From NCBI GenBank assembly GCA_963721805.1, contig CAVRJY010000001.1:544001-608000 (forward strand): a stretch of DNA of 64,000 bases, written 5' to 3'. Source of the stretch: Nitrospirota bacterium. GTDB taxonomy: Bacteria > Nitrospirota > Thermodesulfovibrionia > Thermodesulfovibrionales > JdFR-86. Each line of letters begins with the position of its first letter. Within the stretch, counting starts at the first letter, position 1. Below the pieces are notes generated by a model, which saw only the letters and a list, made by a program, of their open reading frames with translations, had not been told where the DNA came from and made no database searches. The position numbers and the translations under genes were made by a program. Below, piece by piece: positions 20,201 through 30,160 of the stretch.

Positions 20201-22572
20201 TATCCTCCGGTGACCAGGACCCTGCCGTCTGGGAGCAGCGTGGCGGTGTGAAGCTGACGGGCCGATAGCATCGGGGCTGCCGGGACGAAGCCTCCGATAG
20301 GCGTGGATACGGTTATCGTGAACGCGGGCAGCGCGGCCGTGGCGCTTCCGTTGCTTGCGGTTATAGTGATTCCGGAGTAAGTGCCTGCGGTGATGGGCGT
20401 TCCGTCCAGCGTGCCGGTTGTCGTATTGAAGATCAGGCCCGGCGGCACGCTGCCTGTGATCGAGAAGCTCGCTGCGTTTGTCGCGACCGGCGTGAAGGCG
20501 TAGGGCACTCCTATGGCCGCACCGGTTGGCGGTGTGCCGCTTATAGTTGGCGCTGGCGGTGTGACCGTGATCGAAAAGACCGGGAGCAGCGCCGAGCCGC
20601 TGCCGTTTATCGCGCGCAAGATTATTCCGTTATAGAGCCCTGCAGGGGTTGCGATTCCGCTTAATGTGCCATCCGTAGTATTGAAATCCGCCCATGCGGG
20701 CTTGTTAAGGATCGAGAAACTTGTGGCGTTGCTTGATGATGGGGTGAAGCTGTATGAATCCCCGACGGTCGCGCTCGATGCCGGCGTCCCGCTGATCATG
20801 GGCGGGGCTATCAGGACCGTGATCGAGAATTCGGGGAGAGACGCCGAGCCCGCGCTGTTGAAAGCGGTTATAATGATGCCGCTGTACGAGCCTGCGCTCT
20901 CCGGTGTGCCGCTAAGTGCGCCGTTGGCCGTATCGAAGTCCGCCCACGCGGGTTCATTAAGTATGCCGAAACTCGCGGCATCGGTCGCGGTCGGTGTAAA
21001 ACTGTATCCGTCCCCCGTGGTCACGGCCGTGGCCGGAGTCCCGCCGATGGCAGGCGGGGCCAGGGCGAGGGTAGTCGCGCTGAACGTCCCGCTCACGCCG
21101 CCGATCATCAGAGTTGCGGCCGCGACGCTGGAATAAGATGCCGGAGTATGGAGCCTGACCCTGACCGAGTCGCCGTCCTGCACCCAGCCGGTGACATCGG
21201 TAAACCCGCCAGCGTTGACTGAATACTCGCCGCCGATGACCGTGATCGGGGCCGCGACCGAGATCCCGTTTACTGTGATGGGATCTGACGCGACAAGCGC
21301 GCTCGTGGCGGCGTTTGTAGTTGCTGCGAAGGCGAAGCCATCCGGGGTGTCCTCCTCGGCGCCTCCAGCCAGCATCGGGAGCGTGAAGTCCCATATGTAG
21401 CTGTCGTCGCAGTGCATGTATCCGGGGAGGGCCGCCTCGGTGCCGTGGACGTCGTTGCAGCCGCTCGATATGTCACCGGGCAGGTCAGTGTCGTACTCCG
21501 TGCCGTCAAATACGTTGACCTTGAGCCAGTCGTACCGTTGCGCGATCATCGGGCTTTCGAGCGCCGCAGCCCTGAAATCCCTGCCTGCCGTTATATATAC
21601 GTGGAAGGAATCCGCCCAGTCCTCAAGCTGGGGCCCCATGTTTCCGGTGCATCCGTCGTAGCCCGGGTTATAGGCGTACTTCGTTATCCAGTCCATAGGG
21701 CTTGCGCTGCGCCGCGCGTAGCAGCCGCCCGTGGTGCTGTTCGAAAGGTCATACCCGATGCTGTAAAACCCTGTGGTGTTTATCAGGCCGATATGCGGCT
21801 GAAGGCCGTCTTTTGCCCACTTCATGAAGCCGTCGAGGTAGTGGCCGTATTCATGGACTACGGTGCCAACGTGCACCGCGGCGCTCGGCATCCGGCTGTT
21901 ATTGACGAGGGGGTCGAAGTACGCGCCGACGAACCTGTAGTCCGAGGCCATATCGATCGGGACCGGCCATGAGGAGAGCTCCACTGCGGCCGAGTTTTGG
22001 ATGAAACCGTCGCACTGCCCCGCGATGCACTGCACGGTTTCGTATGCCGACATGTGCAGCGACTCGGGCATGACCGAGATCGGGAGGGAATAGATCACTG
22101 CGAGTGTGTCTCTTGAGATATCGTTTGGGTGCAGGGGCTGCATGTGGTCATAAAGCGGGAAATCCGGGGCAAGCGGGGCAAGCATAGCCTCGCGCACGGC
22201 CAGCTGGGCGTCCATCGCGGCCAGACATGTGCTGTCGAGCGAGTTTGAAATCGCGAGGCCGTTATTGGCCTGAAACGCCTTTATAACACGCAACTGCTGG
22301 CCGCTGCCGTAGTTGTAGCCCATCTCGGTCTGGTATCCGAGCATGAAGAGACCGGACATCACCTTGTATGCGAATGAGTCTTTGTTTATATCCCAGTTTG
22401 AGATCCACGCGGGATCATCCATGTCATAAGGGGTGCCGCTTATGACCTGGATGGCGTTCGTGTCAGAGCCGAAAAACTGGGAGTTCAGCGTGTCGGCAAA
22501 GGCGAGGCCGCCCGATATGCATAGGAAGGCCGAAAGCATAATCGCGATCAATGCGGCTGATTTGATTTTCAT
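17245..22572 (-). CDS. Large secreted modular protein (about 1775 aa): PG-binding-like domain, HEXXH metallopeptidase, Ig-like repeats, Kelch propeller, six Cys-containing C-terminal repeats
   Basis: Start MKIKSAALIA after AAGGAG; signal peptide (AFA|DT); VVHEYGH; 3 PxIxGTP Ig-like repeats; 7 Kelch blades. Confidence 0.85.
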   Translation of the reverse strand: MKIKSAALIAIMLSAFLCISGGLAFADTLNSQFFGSDTNAIQVISGTPYDMDDPAWISNWDINKDSFAYKVMSGLFMLGYQTEMGYNYGSGQQLRVIKAFQANNGLAISNSLDSTCLAAMDAQLAVREAMLAPLAPDFPLYDHMQPLHPNDISRDTLAVIYSLPISVMPESLHMSAYETVQCIAGQCDGFIQNSAAVELSSWPVPIDMASDYRFVGAYFDPLVNNSRMPSAAVHVGTVVHEYGHYLDGFMKWAKDGLQPHIGLINTTGFYSIGYDLSNSTTGGCYARRSASPMDWITKYAYNPGYDGCTGNMGPQLEDWADSFHVYITAGRDFRAAALESPMIAQRYDWLKVNVFDGTEYDTDLPGDISSGCNDVHGTEAALPGYMHCDDSYIWDFTLPMLAGGAEEDTPDGFAFAATTNAATSALVASDPITVNGISVAAPITVIGGEYSVNAGGFTDVTGWVQDGDSVRVRLHTPASYSSVAAATLMIGGVSGTFSATTLALAPPAIGGTPATAVTTGDGYSFTPTATDAASFGILNEPAWADFDTANGALSGTPESAGSYSGIIITAFNSAGSASLPEFSITVLIAPPMISGTPASSATVGDSYSFTPSSSNATSFSILNKPAWADFNTTDGTLSGIATPAGLYNGIILRAINGSGSALLPVFSITVTPPAPTISGTPPTGAAIGVPYAFTPVATNAASFSITGSVPPGLIFNTTTGTLDGTPITAGTYSGITITASNGSATAALPAFTITVSTPIGGFVPAAPMLSARQLHTATLLPDGRVLVTGGYADNGLLSSAELYDPAADTWSPAAPMLAERADHSATLLKNGKVLIASGSDMSGEVYDPATGSWSATGPMSDMHGGPAAALLANGKVLVAGGMNWDGSTNTAELFNPADNTWSTIDPMLDYRYKPAVATLPDGRVLIAGGYGWEGPLASAEIFDPADNSWSAAGTMTDARYVATAALLPDGKVLVAGGFNQSDALATAEIYDPAENSWSQAETMYTGRYGQGATLVQGKVLVSGGGNGYDSYRSAELYDPSSKGWQFAGPMQDARSFQTSTLLNDGRVLVAGGTAAIDSLSSAELYEHHDLTVDITGSGSVSPDKGAIEWSGSTGTAFYASGSTVTLTATPGAGFVFTGWTGCSSPVGSTCPILISGAKTVSAAFATNAPPVTTASTAGYTFGTWSISNSINVTLSAADGAGPGIAAGYPKYCMDLTNTCSPSTSYTAAIKVNCAAGTTCTQYVRYQSKDTIGNTEAIKNAIVKQDLQAPVSAPSATGYTFGAWSMSNSISVALSATDGAGGSGLAAGYPKYCVDAANTCATAISYTTAIKVNCAAGTNCTQYVRYQSKDKAGNAEGLKGVVVKQDVQAPVSIAAASGYTFGAWSISNSINVTLSAADGAGSGLAAGYPKYCVDAANTCTPATSYTAAVKVNCAAGTTCTQYFRYQSKDKAGNSEAVKSAAVRQDVGAKPVTAASAAGYTFGTWSMSNSISVTLSAADGSGIATGYPKYCVDKTNTCAPATSYVAGAIKATCAAYSACMQYVRYQSRDNAGNVEAVRSSVVKQDLQAPGTTPTAAGYTFGTWSISSSISVTLISSDGAGSGIAAGFPKYCVDKANTCTPGASYSTAFKVNCAAGTACTQYIRYQTKDKLGNTTTVKSATVKQDVGAKPVTTASAAGYTFGALSSSNSISVTLTATDGSGSGIATGFPKYCVDKANACTPATSYSTAFKVNCASGSTCTQYVRYQSKDKAGNTEGVKTSTVKQKTASASGMSNNTQP
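17290..19075 (-). repeat. Six tandem repeats of about 300 bp (about 100 aa) within the CDS
   Basis: Recurring GYTFG(T/A)WSxSNSIxVTLSAxDG...YPKYCVDxxNTC...KVNCAAGxxCTQYVRYQSKDKAGN; boundaries approximate. Confidence 0.9.
19310..20290 (-). repeat. Seven Kelch repeats
   Basis: ATLLxDG(R/K)VLVAGG...SAE(L/I)YDPxxxxW pattern x7; boundaries approximate. Confidence 0.88.
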
Positions 22573-22649
22573 CGCAGGCGATCTCCTTGCCAGGCGTTTT
22601 TGTGCACACCCCTGACACACCAATCCTATAGCAAGTTGAGTGTAATTGC

Positions 22650-22665
22650 TGTGATACAACTCACA
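22650..22665. promoter_or_regulatory. Consensus CRP-type site at -41.5 of a minus-strand promoter
   Basis: TGTGA-TACAAC-TCACA; -10 TAGGAT at 22628-22623. Confidence 0.75.
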
Positions 22666-22712
22666 TTTCGGCAAAATGGGAATAATTATTAACAAAAGGG
22701 GGGCAGCGAAGG

Positions 22713-23960
22713 CTACCCCCGCAGGAGGTCGGCAAGCAAGAGCACGTTTAGCGCTATCACGACAGCGACTATCGCCCAGAGCGTGGCCTTCGTAGGCGCG
22801 CGGTTGGCGAACTTGCCCATGACGGCCTTCGACGACGTCAGCCAGACGAGCGCTATAGCGGTCCAGGGCAGCTGTATGCTCAGCGCTATCTGGCTCCAGA
22901 TGATCCCGGTGAAGGGGTCGCGAAGGAGGAATATCGCCCCGAGCGCGCCGATCAGGGTGATGAGCACCCCTGCCTTCGAGTGGCTGTCCCTGATGTCGAA
23001 GGGCTCCATGTACATCCCTGCGAATATGCTCCCGCCGGCCAGCCCGGCCGTGATCGAGGACGAGAACCCGGCGAATATGAGCGCGAGCGCGAATACGGTC
23101 GAGGCCGGAGCGCCGAGGAGCGGCCGCAGCGTCTCCTGCGCCTGCTGAAGCTCGGTCACCTCTATGTGGTTCGTAAAAAACACGGCCGCCGCGACCAGTA
23201 TCATCGCGCTGTTGATGGCCCAGCCAAGAAGCATCGCAAACAGCGTGTCCGTGAACTCGAACTTCAGCTGACGGCGGATCACGTCCTCGCCTGCCAGGTT
23301 CCACTGCCTGCTTTGGATGATCTCGGAGTGCAGGAAGAGGTTGTGCGGCATCACGACCGCGCCTAGCACGCTCATCATTATCGGGATCGAACCGGCCGGG
23401 ATCGAGGGCGTGACCCAGCTTAACGCGGCCGCTCCCCAGTTAAGCTTCACTATCGCGAGTTCAAACAGAAAGGCGATGCCCACGAGCGAGACGAACCCTA
23501 TTATCCAGCGCTCGATCAGGCGGTATCCGCTGCTAAGCAGCATCCAAGCGCCAACCGCGACGGTCAGGCCCGATCCAATTCCAAGCGGCATGCCGAAGAG
23601 CATATTAAGCCCTATCGCGGTCCCAAGGACCTCGGCCAGCGCCGTAGAGACCGAAGCCGCGACCGCGCTTAGCAGAAACACGCGGCTTACGGGCCGGCTG
23701 AAGGTCTTGGTGCTGGCCTCGGCCAGACAGAGGCCGGTGGCGATGCCGAGGTGTGCGGCATTGTGCTGCAGGACGAAGAGCATGTAGGTCGAGAGCGTGA
23801 CCATCCAGAGCATCGAGTACCCGAAGCGCGATCCGGCCGCGATGTTCGAGGCCCAGTTGCCCGGGTCGATGAACCCCACCGTGACGAGCAGGCCGGGGCC
23901 TATGTACTTTAGGACTTCGAGCGCGCCGAGGCCTGGCCTATGCATGCCTTTGAAAAACAT
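22713..23960 (-). CDS. Nramp-family divalent metal transporter
   Basis: GFIDPGNW and GAVVMPHNLFLHS motifs. Confidence 0.93.
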   Translation of the reverse strand: MFFKGMHRPGLGALEVLKYIGPGLLVTVGFIDPGNWASNIAAGSRFGYSMLWMVTLSTYMLFVLQHNAAHLGIATGLCLAEASTKTFSRPVSRVFLLSAVAASVSTALAEVLGTAIGLNMLFGMPLGIGSGLTVAVGAWMLLSSGYRLIERWIIGFVSLVGIAFLFELAIVKLNWGAAALSWVTPSIPAGSIPIMMSVLGAVVMPHNLFLHSEIIQSRQWNLAGEDVIRRQLKFEFTDTLFAMLLGWAINSAMILVAAAVFFTNHIEVTELQQAQETLRPLLGAPASTVFALALIFAGFSSSITAGLAGGSIFAGMYMEPFDIRDSHSKAGVLITLIGALGAIFLLRDPFTGIIWSQIALSIQLPWTAIALVWLTSSKAVMGKFANRAPTKATLWAIVAVVIALNVLLLADLLRG

Positions 23961-23996
23961 GGTGATAGTTTACAGGATGAGGCGTAGGGAGGCTAT

Positions 23997-26048
23997 CTAT
24001 TCCTGAAGTTTCGAGATGTCCGCCGCGGCCGAGGCCATGGCCCATATCGCGCTTAGCAGAGCGAGGCGGTTGTCGCGCACGGACTCGTCTTTGTCCATCA
24101 CGAGGACTTTTTCGAAGAACGTATTTATCGGCTCGGTGATCGGTCTCATCGCAAGCAGAGCCTCGCTGAAGGCGCCACGGGCGCCCTTCTCCAAGGCATC
24201 CGAGTATGCCACGCCATAAGCCTTATATAGCGCGCGCTCCTCATGGGTCTGGAAAAACGACTCGTCCACAGGCGGCAGCGCGTGGCCGGGGATGATGTTG
24301 CGGGCCCGTTTTATCGCGATCAGAAACGGCGTATACCACGCCTCGCGCTTGAAGGCCGTGACCGCATCGCAGCGCGCCCTGAGCGTCGATAGCGGTTGCG
24401 TCGTAACAAACGGGAGCACCGACTGCACGACATCGTATGAATATCCCATTGAACCCAGAAGCGGCTCGAACCTCTGCTCGAAGAACGCGCGTATATCGGC
24501 CCCGGTCGAGGCAGGCGCCTTATTGAGCCCCTTAAGCGCGATGGCGGTCATCTCGCCAAGCGTGACCGGATAGCCCCGCTCCATCAATATCGCGATGACC
24601 GCGAGGCTGTGGCGCCTAAGAGCGAAGGGGTCCTCGGAACCCGTCGGCTTAAGCCCTATCGAGAAAAACGCCGCGATGTTATCCATCCTGTCAGCGAGGC
24701 TCACAACAGCGCCAAGATCGGTCTCGGGCACCTTTGCCCCCGAGCCAAGCGGCATATACTGCTCCTTGAGCGCGAGAGCGACGTCCCTGCCTTCTTCTTC
24801 GGCGTAGTACATCCCCATGATGCCCTGAAGCTCCGGGAACTCGCGCACGACGCCGCTTATGAGATCGCACTTCGATATCGAGGCTGCGCGCTGTGCGCTG
24901 GCTTTCTTGTCCGGGCAGATTAGATCAGCCAGAGAGCCCGCCAATTTCTCCATGCGCACTAGCTTGTCATATACCGAGCCGAGCTTGTCCTGGAACGTGA
25001 CCTTGCGGAGCTCCTCGCGCCTGCCGTGCAGCGGGTGGCGGAGGTCGTCCTTGAAGTAGAACCTCGCGTCGTCGAAGCGGGCCTTTATGACGCGGTGTGC
25101 GCCGCTGCGCACGGTCTCGGCGTTCTCCACTTTGGTGTTGCTCGTGATGATGAAGTGGTTTAGCAGCTTGCCGCCAGCGTCCGCTATCGAGAAATATTTC
25201 TGGTGTCCGCGCATCACGGCGGTCAGGAGTTCGTCAGGCAATTCAAGGTACTCGGCCGAGAACGTGCCCATAACGGGCACCGGGGACTCGACGAGACAGG
25301 ACACGATCGAGAGAAGCTCCTCGTCCTCGACGAGCGTGCCGCCGACGCTCCGGGCCAGCTCCCTTGCGCCCTCGGCGATCATGCGCTCCCTTTCGGCCTT
25401 GTCCACGACGACCGAGCGTGCCGCTAGTTCCGCTGCATAGGTATCCGCATCAGTAAACGAGAACTCCTCGGGGCTCAGGAACCTGTGGCCCCGGCTGGTG
25501 CGGCCGCTGGTAAGGCCTTCAAGTCCGAAAGTTACGGTATCAGCGCCATAGAGCGCAGCGATCCAGTGTATGGGCCGGACGAACTTCATCGTCCCGTCGC
25601 CCCAGCGCATGGACTTCGGGAAGTGCAGCGAGGTCACGATCTTCTTTAGAAGCTCGGGCAGGACATCCGGCGTCGGGCGGCCCTTGTCCTCGATCACCGC
25701 GACGACATACTCGCCCTTGTCCCTGGTCTTGACGATGAGCCTCGACATTTCGACGCCAGATGTACGGGCGAAGCCCTCGGCGGCCTTGGTAGGTTTGCCG
25801 TCCAGGGTGAACGCGGCCCTCTTCGGGGGGCCGAACGCCTCGCGCACGCGGTCGGGCTGCATCTGTGGGACATCCTGTATTATCACCGCCATACGGCGCG
25901 GCGTGGCGTATGTCTGTATCTCGCCGAACGTTAGCGCTGCGTCCTTTAGCCCTGCCTCAGCGAGCTCGCGCAGCATGCGGAGCGCCGGGGGTATGAACCT
26001 GGCCGGGACCTCCTCGACGCCTATCTCCAGAAGGATGCTCTTAGACAC
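23997..26048 (-). CDS. glyS: Glycine-tRNA ligase beta subunit
   Basis: [37 protein letters not shown]. Confidence 0.97.
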   Translation of the reverse strand: MSKSILLEIGVEEVPARFIPPALRMLRELAEAGLKDAALTFGEIQTYATPRRMAVIIQDVPQMQPDRVREAFGPPKRAAFTLDGKPTKAAEGFARTSGVEMSRLIVKTRDKGEYVVAVIEDKGRPTPDVLPELLKKIVTSLHFPKSMRWGDGTMKFVRPIHWIAALYGADTVTFGLEGLTSGRTSRGHRFLSPEEFSFTDADTYAAELAARSVVVDKAERERMIAEGARELARSVGGTLVEDEELLSIVSCLVESPVPVMGTFSAEYLELPDELLTAVMRGHQKYFSIADAGGKLLNHFIITSNTKVENAETVRSGAHRVIKARFDDARFYFKDDLRHPLHGRREELRKVTFQDKLGSVYDKLVRMEKLAGSLADLICPDKKASAQRAASISKCDLISGVVREFPELQGIMGMYYAEEEGRDVALALKEQYMPLGSGAKVPETDLGAVVSLADRMDNIAAFFSIGLKPTGSEDPFALRRHSLAVIAILMERGYPVTLGEMTAIALKGLNKAPASTGADIRAFFEQRFEPLLGSMGYSYDVVQSVLPFVTTQPLSTLRARCDAVTAFKREAWYTPFLIAIKRARNIIPGHALPPVDESFFQTHEERALYKAYGVAYSDALEKGARGAFSEALLAMRPITEPINTFFEKVLVMDKDESVRDNRLALLSAIWAMASAAADISKLQE

Positions 26049-26925
26049 TGCCCCAACCCCCGTGCAGGAGCGGATGATTCATCTCCTCGCGCTGCTTGTG
26101 GAAGGCCTCGGCGCACATCCGCGCCACGGTGCGCACGCGCGCTATATATCCCGTGCGCTCGGTAACGGAGATCGCCCCGCGCGCGTCTAAGAGGTTGAAG
26201 TGGTGCGAGCACTTAAGGCAGCACTCGTACGCCGGGGTGACTAAACCGGCCTTGATAAGCCGCTTGCACTCGCTTTCGTAGGTCTCGAACTGGCGCATCA
26301 GGACGTCCGGGTCCGACAGGTCGAAGTTGTACTTCGAGCCCTCGACCTCGGTCATATGGTGTACGTCGCCGTATTTGAGGTGCTTCGACCACTGCAGGTC
26401 GTAGACGCTGCTTACGCCTTGAAGGTACATCGCAATGCGCTCTAACCCGTAAGTGATCTCGACCGTTACCGGCTTGAGGTCTATGCCGCCGACCTGCTGG
26501 AAGTACGTAAACTGCGTGATCTCCATCCCGTCGAGCCAGACCTCCCACCCGAGCCCCCATGCGCCGAGGGTCGGGGATTCCCAGTCGTCCTCGACAAAGC
26601 GGATGTCGTGCTTCGCCGCTTCGATGCCGATCTCCGCGAGACTTTTTAAATAGATCTCCTGGCTGTCGATCTGCGAGGGTTTTATCACGACCTGATACTG
26701 GTAGTAGTGCTGGAGGCGGTTGGGGTTCTCTCCATACCTGCCGTCGGTCGGCCTGCGCGAGGGCTGCACGTATGCGGCGGCCCAAGGCTCGGGCCCCAGC
26801 ACGCGGAAGAACGTAGCCGGATGGAAAGTCCCGGCGCCTACCTCGCTGTCGTATGACTGCATCAGCGCGCAGCCGTAGTCCGACCAGTAGCGGTTGAGCC
26901 TCAGGATCATCTCTTGAAACAGCAT
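26041..26925 (-). CDS. glyQ: Glycine-tRNA ligase alpha subunit
   Basis: Start MLFQEMI at 26925; [25 protein letters not shown]. Confidence 0.98.
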   Translation of the reverse strand: MLFQEMILRLNRYWSDYGCALMQSYDSEVGAGTFHPATFFRVLGPEPWAAAYVQPSRRPTDGRYGENPNRLQHYYQYQVVIKPSQIDSQEIYLKSLAEIGIEAAKHDIRFVEDDWESPTLGAWGLGWEVWLDGMEITQFTYFQQVGGIDLKPVTVEITYGLERIAMYLQGVSSVYDLQWSKHLKYGDVHHMTEVEGSKYNFDLSDPDVLMRQFETYESECKRLIKAGLVTPAYECCLKCSHHFNLLDARGAISVTERTGYIARVRTVARMCAEAFHKQREEMNHPLLHGGWGSV

Positions 26926-26966
26926 AGTCAAGGATGTTAAATAAAGGGCGGCAGGTTTGTCAAAGG

Positions 26967-28196
26967 CTATTCGTATCTGAGGGCCTGTATCGGATTCAGC
27001 AGCGAGGCCTTCCAGGCCGGATAGAACCCGAAGAACACCCCTACGAGCCCCGAGAACCCGAACGCAAGTATGACCGAGAAGGGCGATACGATAGTGGCCC
27101 ATCCGGTAAAGGACGACACGAGCATCGAGCCCCCGACACCGAGCAGTATCCCCATCAGCCCGCCCATGAGCGAGAGGATCACGGCCTCGACCAGAAACTG
27201 CATCCTGATGTCCCATGTCCGCGCGCCGACCGCCATGCGTATGCCGATCTCGCGCGTGCGCTCCGTAACCGAAACCAGCATGATGTTCATGATCCCGATG
27301 CCGCCCACCAGGAGCGATACCGAGGCTATAGCGCCCAGCAGGAGCGTCATGGTCTGCGAGGACTTCTGCGCGGTCTCCATGAGCTGCGAGAGGTTGCGGA
27401 CGGTGAAGTCGTCGTCCTGCCTGTTGGATATGTGGTGGCGCTGCCTTAGCAGCGCGGTGATCTGGTCCTGCGCCGGCCCGAGTTCCTCCGGGCCCCTGGC
27501 CTTGATCATGATGATGTTCACCATGCCCGGGAAGGTCGTGCCGAAGAGCATCTTTTGCGCGACCGTGACCGGGACCATTATGGTGTCGTCCTGGTCGCTG
27601 CCGTTGGCGGACTGGCCCTTTTCGGCGAGCACACCGATGACGAGAAACGGCCTGTTGGCGATCCGGATCGACTGCCCCACCGGGTCGGAATCCCCAAAGA
27701 GGTTCTCCGCCACGGTCTGGCCGAGTATCGCGACCTTGCTGGAGTTTCTGACCTCCTCGTCCGTAAACGGCCGCCCGGAGGCGAGGTCCCAGTCCCGGAC
27801 CAGCAGCATATTGGGCGTCGTGCCGCTGACGCCTGTGGACCAGTTCTGGTTTCCGTATACGATCTGGGCGACCTTGCCGTAGTGCGGCGCTGCATAGAGC
27901 ACGGCCGGACAGTCGCGCATTATCGCGTCGGCGTCGAAGCTCGTGAGCGTCGACTGCGAGCCCGCGCCCATGCGCACGCCGCCCGCCGTGGTCGTGCCAG
28001 GGATGATGATCAGCAGGTTGCTGCCCATCGTGGCTATCTGGTCGGCGATGCGCTTGCTTGCGCCGCTTCCGAGCGCTATCATCGCTATGACCGCACCGAC
28101 GCCGATGATTATCCCCAGCAGCGTAAGCGCCGAGCGCATCTTGTTGATCCTGATCGCCCTTAGCGAGATCTTAAACGCGGAGGAAATGTTCACCAT
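26967..28196 (-). CDS. MacB-type ABC permease
   Basis: [37 protein letters not shown]. Confidence 0.95.
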   Translation of the reverse strand: MVNISSAFKISLRAIRINKMRSALTLLGIIIGVGAVIAMIALGSGASKRIADQIATMGSNLLIIIPGTTTAGGVRMGAGSQSTLTSFDADAIMRDCPAVLYAAPHYGKVAQIVYGNQNWSTGVSGTTPNMLLVRDWDLASGRPFTDEEVRNSSKVAILGQTVAENLFGDSDPVGQSIRIANRPFLVIGVLAEKGQSANGSDQDDTIMVPVTVAQKMLFGTTFPGMVNIIMIKARGPEELGPAQDQITALLRQRHHISNRQDDDFTVRNLSQLMETAQKSSQTMTLLLGAIASVSLLVGGIGIMNIMLVSVTERTREIGIRMAVGARTWDIRMQFLVEAVILSLMGGLMGILLGVGGSMLVSSFTGWATIVSPFSVILAFGFSGLVGVFFGFYPAWKASLLNPIQALRYE

Positions 28197-28202
28197 GGCC
28201 GG

Positions 28203-28892
28203 TTACCTCACCGTCTCGTCTTCGATCAGGCGGCCGTCTCTAAACCTAATCACCCTGCGGCAGCGCGCCGCGATGTCCGGCTCGTGAGTGACGAGGATGA
28301 CCGTGATATTGCTCTCGGCGTTCAGGCGGTCAAAGAGGCCCATGATTTCAACGCTGGTCTTGGTGTCGAGGTTTCCGGTAGGCTCGTCGGCCATGATTAT
28401 CGGGGGCGAGTTGACGAGCGACCTCGCTATCGCCACCCGCTGCTGCTGGCCGCCCGAAAGCTGGTTGGGATGGTGGTGGATGCGGTCGCCCAGGCCTACG
28501 CGGTTGAGGGCCTCCCTGGCCAGATCGTGCCTTTCGTGCGCCGGGATGCCGTCGGCGTACAGAAGCGGGAGTTCGACGTTCTCGAGGGCCGAGGTGCGGG
28601 CTAGGAGGTTAAACCCCTGAAACACGAACCCGATCTTCTTGTTGCGGATGCTGGCAAGCTCGTCACGGCCGAGGTCGCCCACGTCGATGCCCTCAAGCAG
28701 GTACGTGCCGCTAGTCGGCGTATCGAGGCACCCGATTATGTTCATGAAGGTGGACTTGCCGGAGCCGGACGGGCCCATGATCGCGGTGAACTCGCCGCGC
28801 TCGATCCCGACCGTGACGTCCTGAAGCGCGGGTAGCCCGCCCTCGCCGACGTCATATACCTTGATGAGATCGCGGACGTCTATGATCGGCAT
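28203..28892 (-). CDS. MacB/LolD-type ABC ATPase
   Basis: [31 protein letters not shown]. Confidence 0.95.
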   Translation of the reverse strand: MPIIDVRDLIKVYDVGEGGLPALQDVTVGIERGEFTAIMGPSGSGKSTFMNIIGCLDTPTSGTYLLEGIDVGDLGRDELASIRNKKIGFVFQGFNLLARTSALENVELPLLYADGIPAHERHDLAREALNRVGLGDRIHHHPNQLSGGQQQRVAIARSLVNSPPIIMADEPTGNLDTKTSVEIMGLFDRLNAESNITVILVTHEPDIAARCRRVIRFRDGRLIEDETVR

Positions 28893-30083
28893 CTAGAATC
28901 CCCTGGGTAATCGTGGCGCGGCGGAGTCCGGCTTGCCCTGCAACTTCTCCTCTACGATTAGCTGGTCGCCTTCCTTCACGTCTCCGGTCAGGAGCTCGGT
29001 AAACCTCGAATCACTGATCCCGAGCGTGACAGGCACGCGCAAGGCCTTGCCGTCGCGGAGCACCCAGACGGCCTTGCCTGCACCGCGTACCGGCTTGCCG
29101 CCGCCCTGCGGCTGGGCGGGTTTGCTCGGCGCATAACGGAGCGCCGCGTTGGGAAGCCTGATGACGCCGGTCTTTTGCATGACCTTGATCGTCACGTTGG
29201 CGGTCATGCCGGGCTTTAGTTTGAGGTCGGGGTTGTCCACATGCACCACGGCATTATACGTGACTACGTTTTGGACGACGAGCGGGGCGTTTCTGACCTC
29301 GTATATCGTCCCGTGGAAGACCTTATCCGGGTATGCGTCGACCGTGAACTCCACGTCCTGCCCGGCCTCGACGCGGCCTATGTCGGCCTCTGCCACGTTG
29401 CTGTCGACCTCCATCTTGGTCAGGTCGTGCGCGATGCTGTAGAGTGTGGGGGTCTGGAAGCTCGCGGCCACGGTCTGGCCGGCATCGACGTTGCGGGCGA
29501 TGACGATGCCGTCCACCGGCGAGACGATTCGCGTGTATCTGAGGTTGGCCGACGCCGTGGCGACAGACGCCTGGGCCTGGCTGACCTGGCCCTTCGCGGC
29601 CTCGACCTGAGTTGCCGCGGTATCGTTTGCGAGCGCGGCGGCGTCATAATCGGCCTGCGCTATCAGCCCGGCGTCCACCATAAGTTTGTTGCGGCCCAGC
29701 GTGCGCTCGGCGTCTTTCTGCGTGGCTATTGCCTTCAGCAGATTGGCGCGCGCGGATACGAGGGCCGCCTTGTTCTGGTCGAGCTGGGCCTGGTATAGCG
29801 TGGGGTCTATCTGGGCGATGAGCTGCCCCTGCTTGACCACCGTGTTGTAGTCGGCGTATATCTTCTGGATCGTGCCCGAGACCTGCGTGCCGACAGAGAC
29901 CATGATCACGGAATTGACATTGCCTGTCGCGGTGACTACAGCCTCGATATCGCCGCGCGACGCGGGTTCGGTCTTGAAGATGGGCTCGGACTTGCCGCTT
30001 CTGAACATGAGATAGCCCCCGGCGCCTAGCGAGGCAACGAGCAATACTACGATGACATTCCAGAGAGCGGAGCGTTTGGTCAT
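28893..30083 (-). CDS. MacA-like efflux periplasmic adaptor (start may be 30101)
   Basis: VGTQVSG, GQTVAASFQTPTL, LKPGMTANV. Confidence 0.92.
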   Translation of the reverse strand: MTKRSALWNVIVVLLVASLGAGGYLMFRSGKSEPIFKTEPASRGDIEAVVTATGNVNSVIMVSVGTQVSGTIQKIYADYNTVVKQGQLIAQIDPTLYQAQLDQNKAALVSARANLLKAIATQKDAERTLGRNKLMVDAGLIAQADYDAAALANDTAATQVEAAKGQVSQAQASVATASANLRYTRIVSPVDGIVIARNVDAGQTVAASFQTPTLYSIAHDLTKMEVDSNVAEADIGRVEAGQDVEFTVDAYPDKVFHGTIYEVRNAPLVVQNVVTYNAVVHVDNPDLKLKPGMTANVTIKVMQKTGVIRLPNAALRYAPSKPAQPQGGGKPVRGAGKAVWVLRDGKALRVPVTLGISDSRFTELLTGDVKEGDQLIVEEKLQGKPDSAAPRLPRGF

Positions 30084-30160
30084 GTTAGCAAACACTAACA
30101 TAGGAGCCCATAGAAATGCAAACCTCGCGGGCCCCGGGCGTGGCGTATTGCTGCGGCCTC

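Noticed and set aside
22573..23304. N-terminal 244-aa extension of the 2019-aa ORF
   Set aside because: Overlaps the Nramp gene in another frame; the RBS, signal peptide and promoter all point to the start at 22572
26926..27216. N-terminal extension of glyQ
   Set aside because: Overlaps the MacB permease; the GlyQ-like sequence begins at MLFQE
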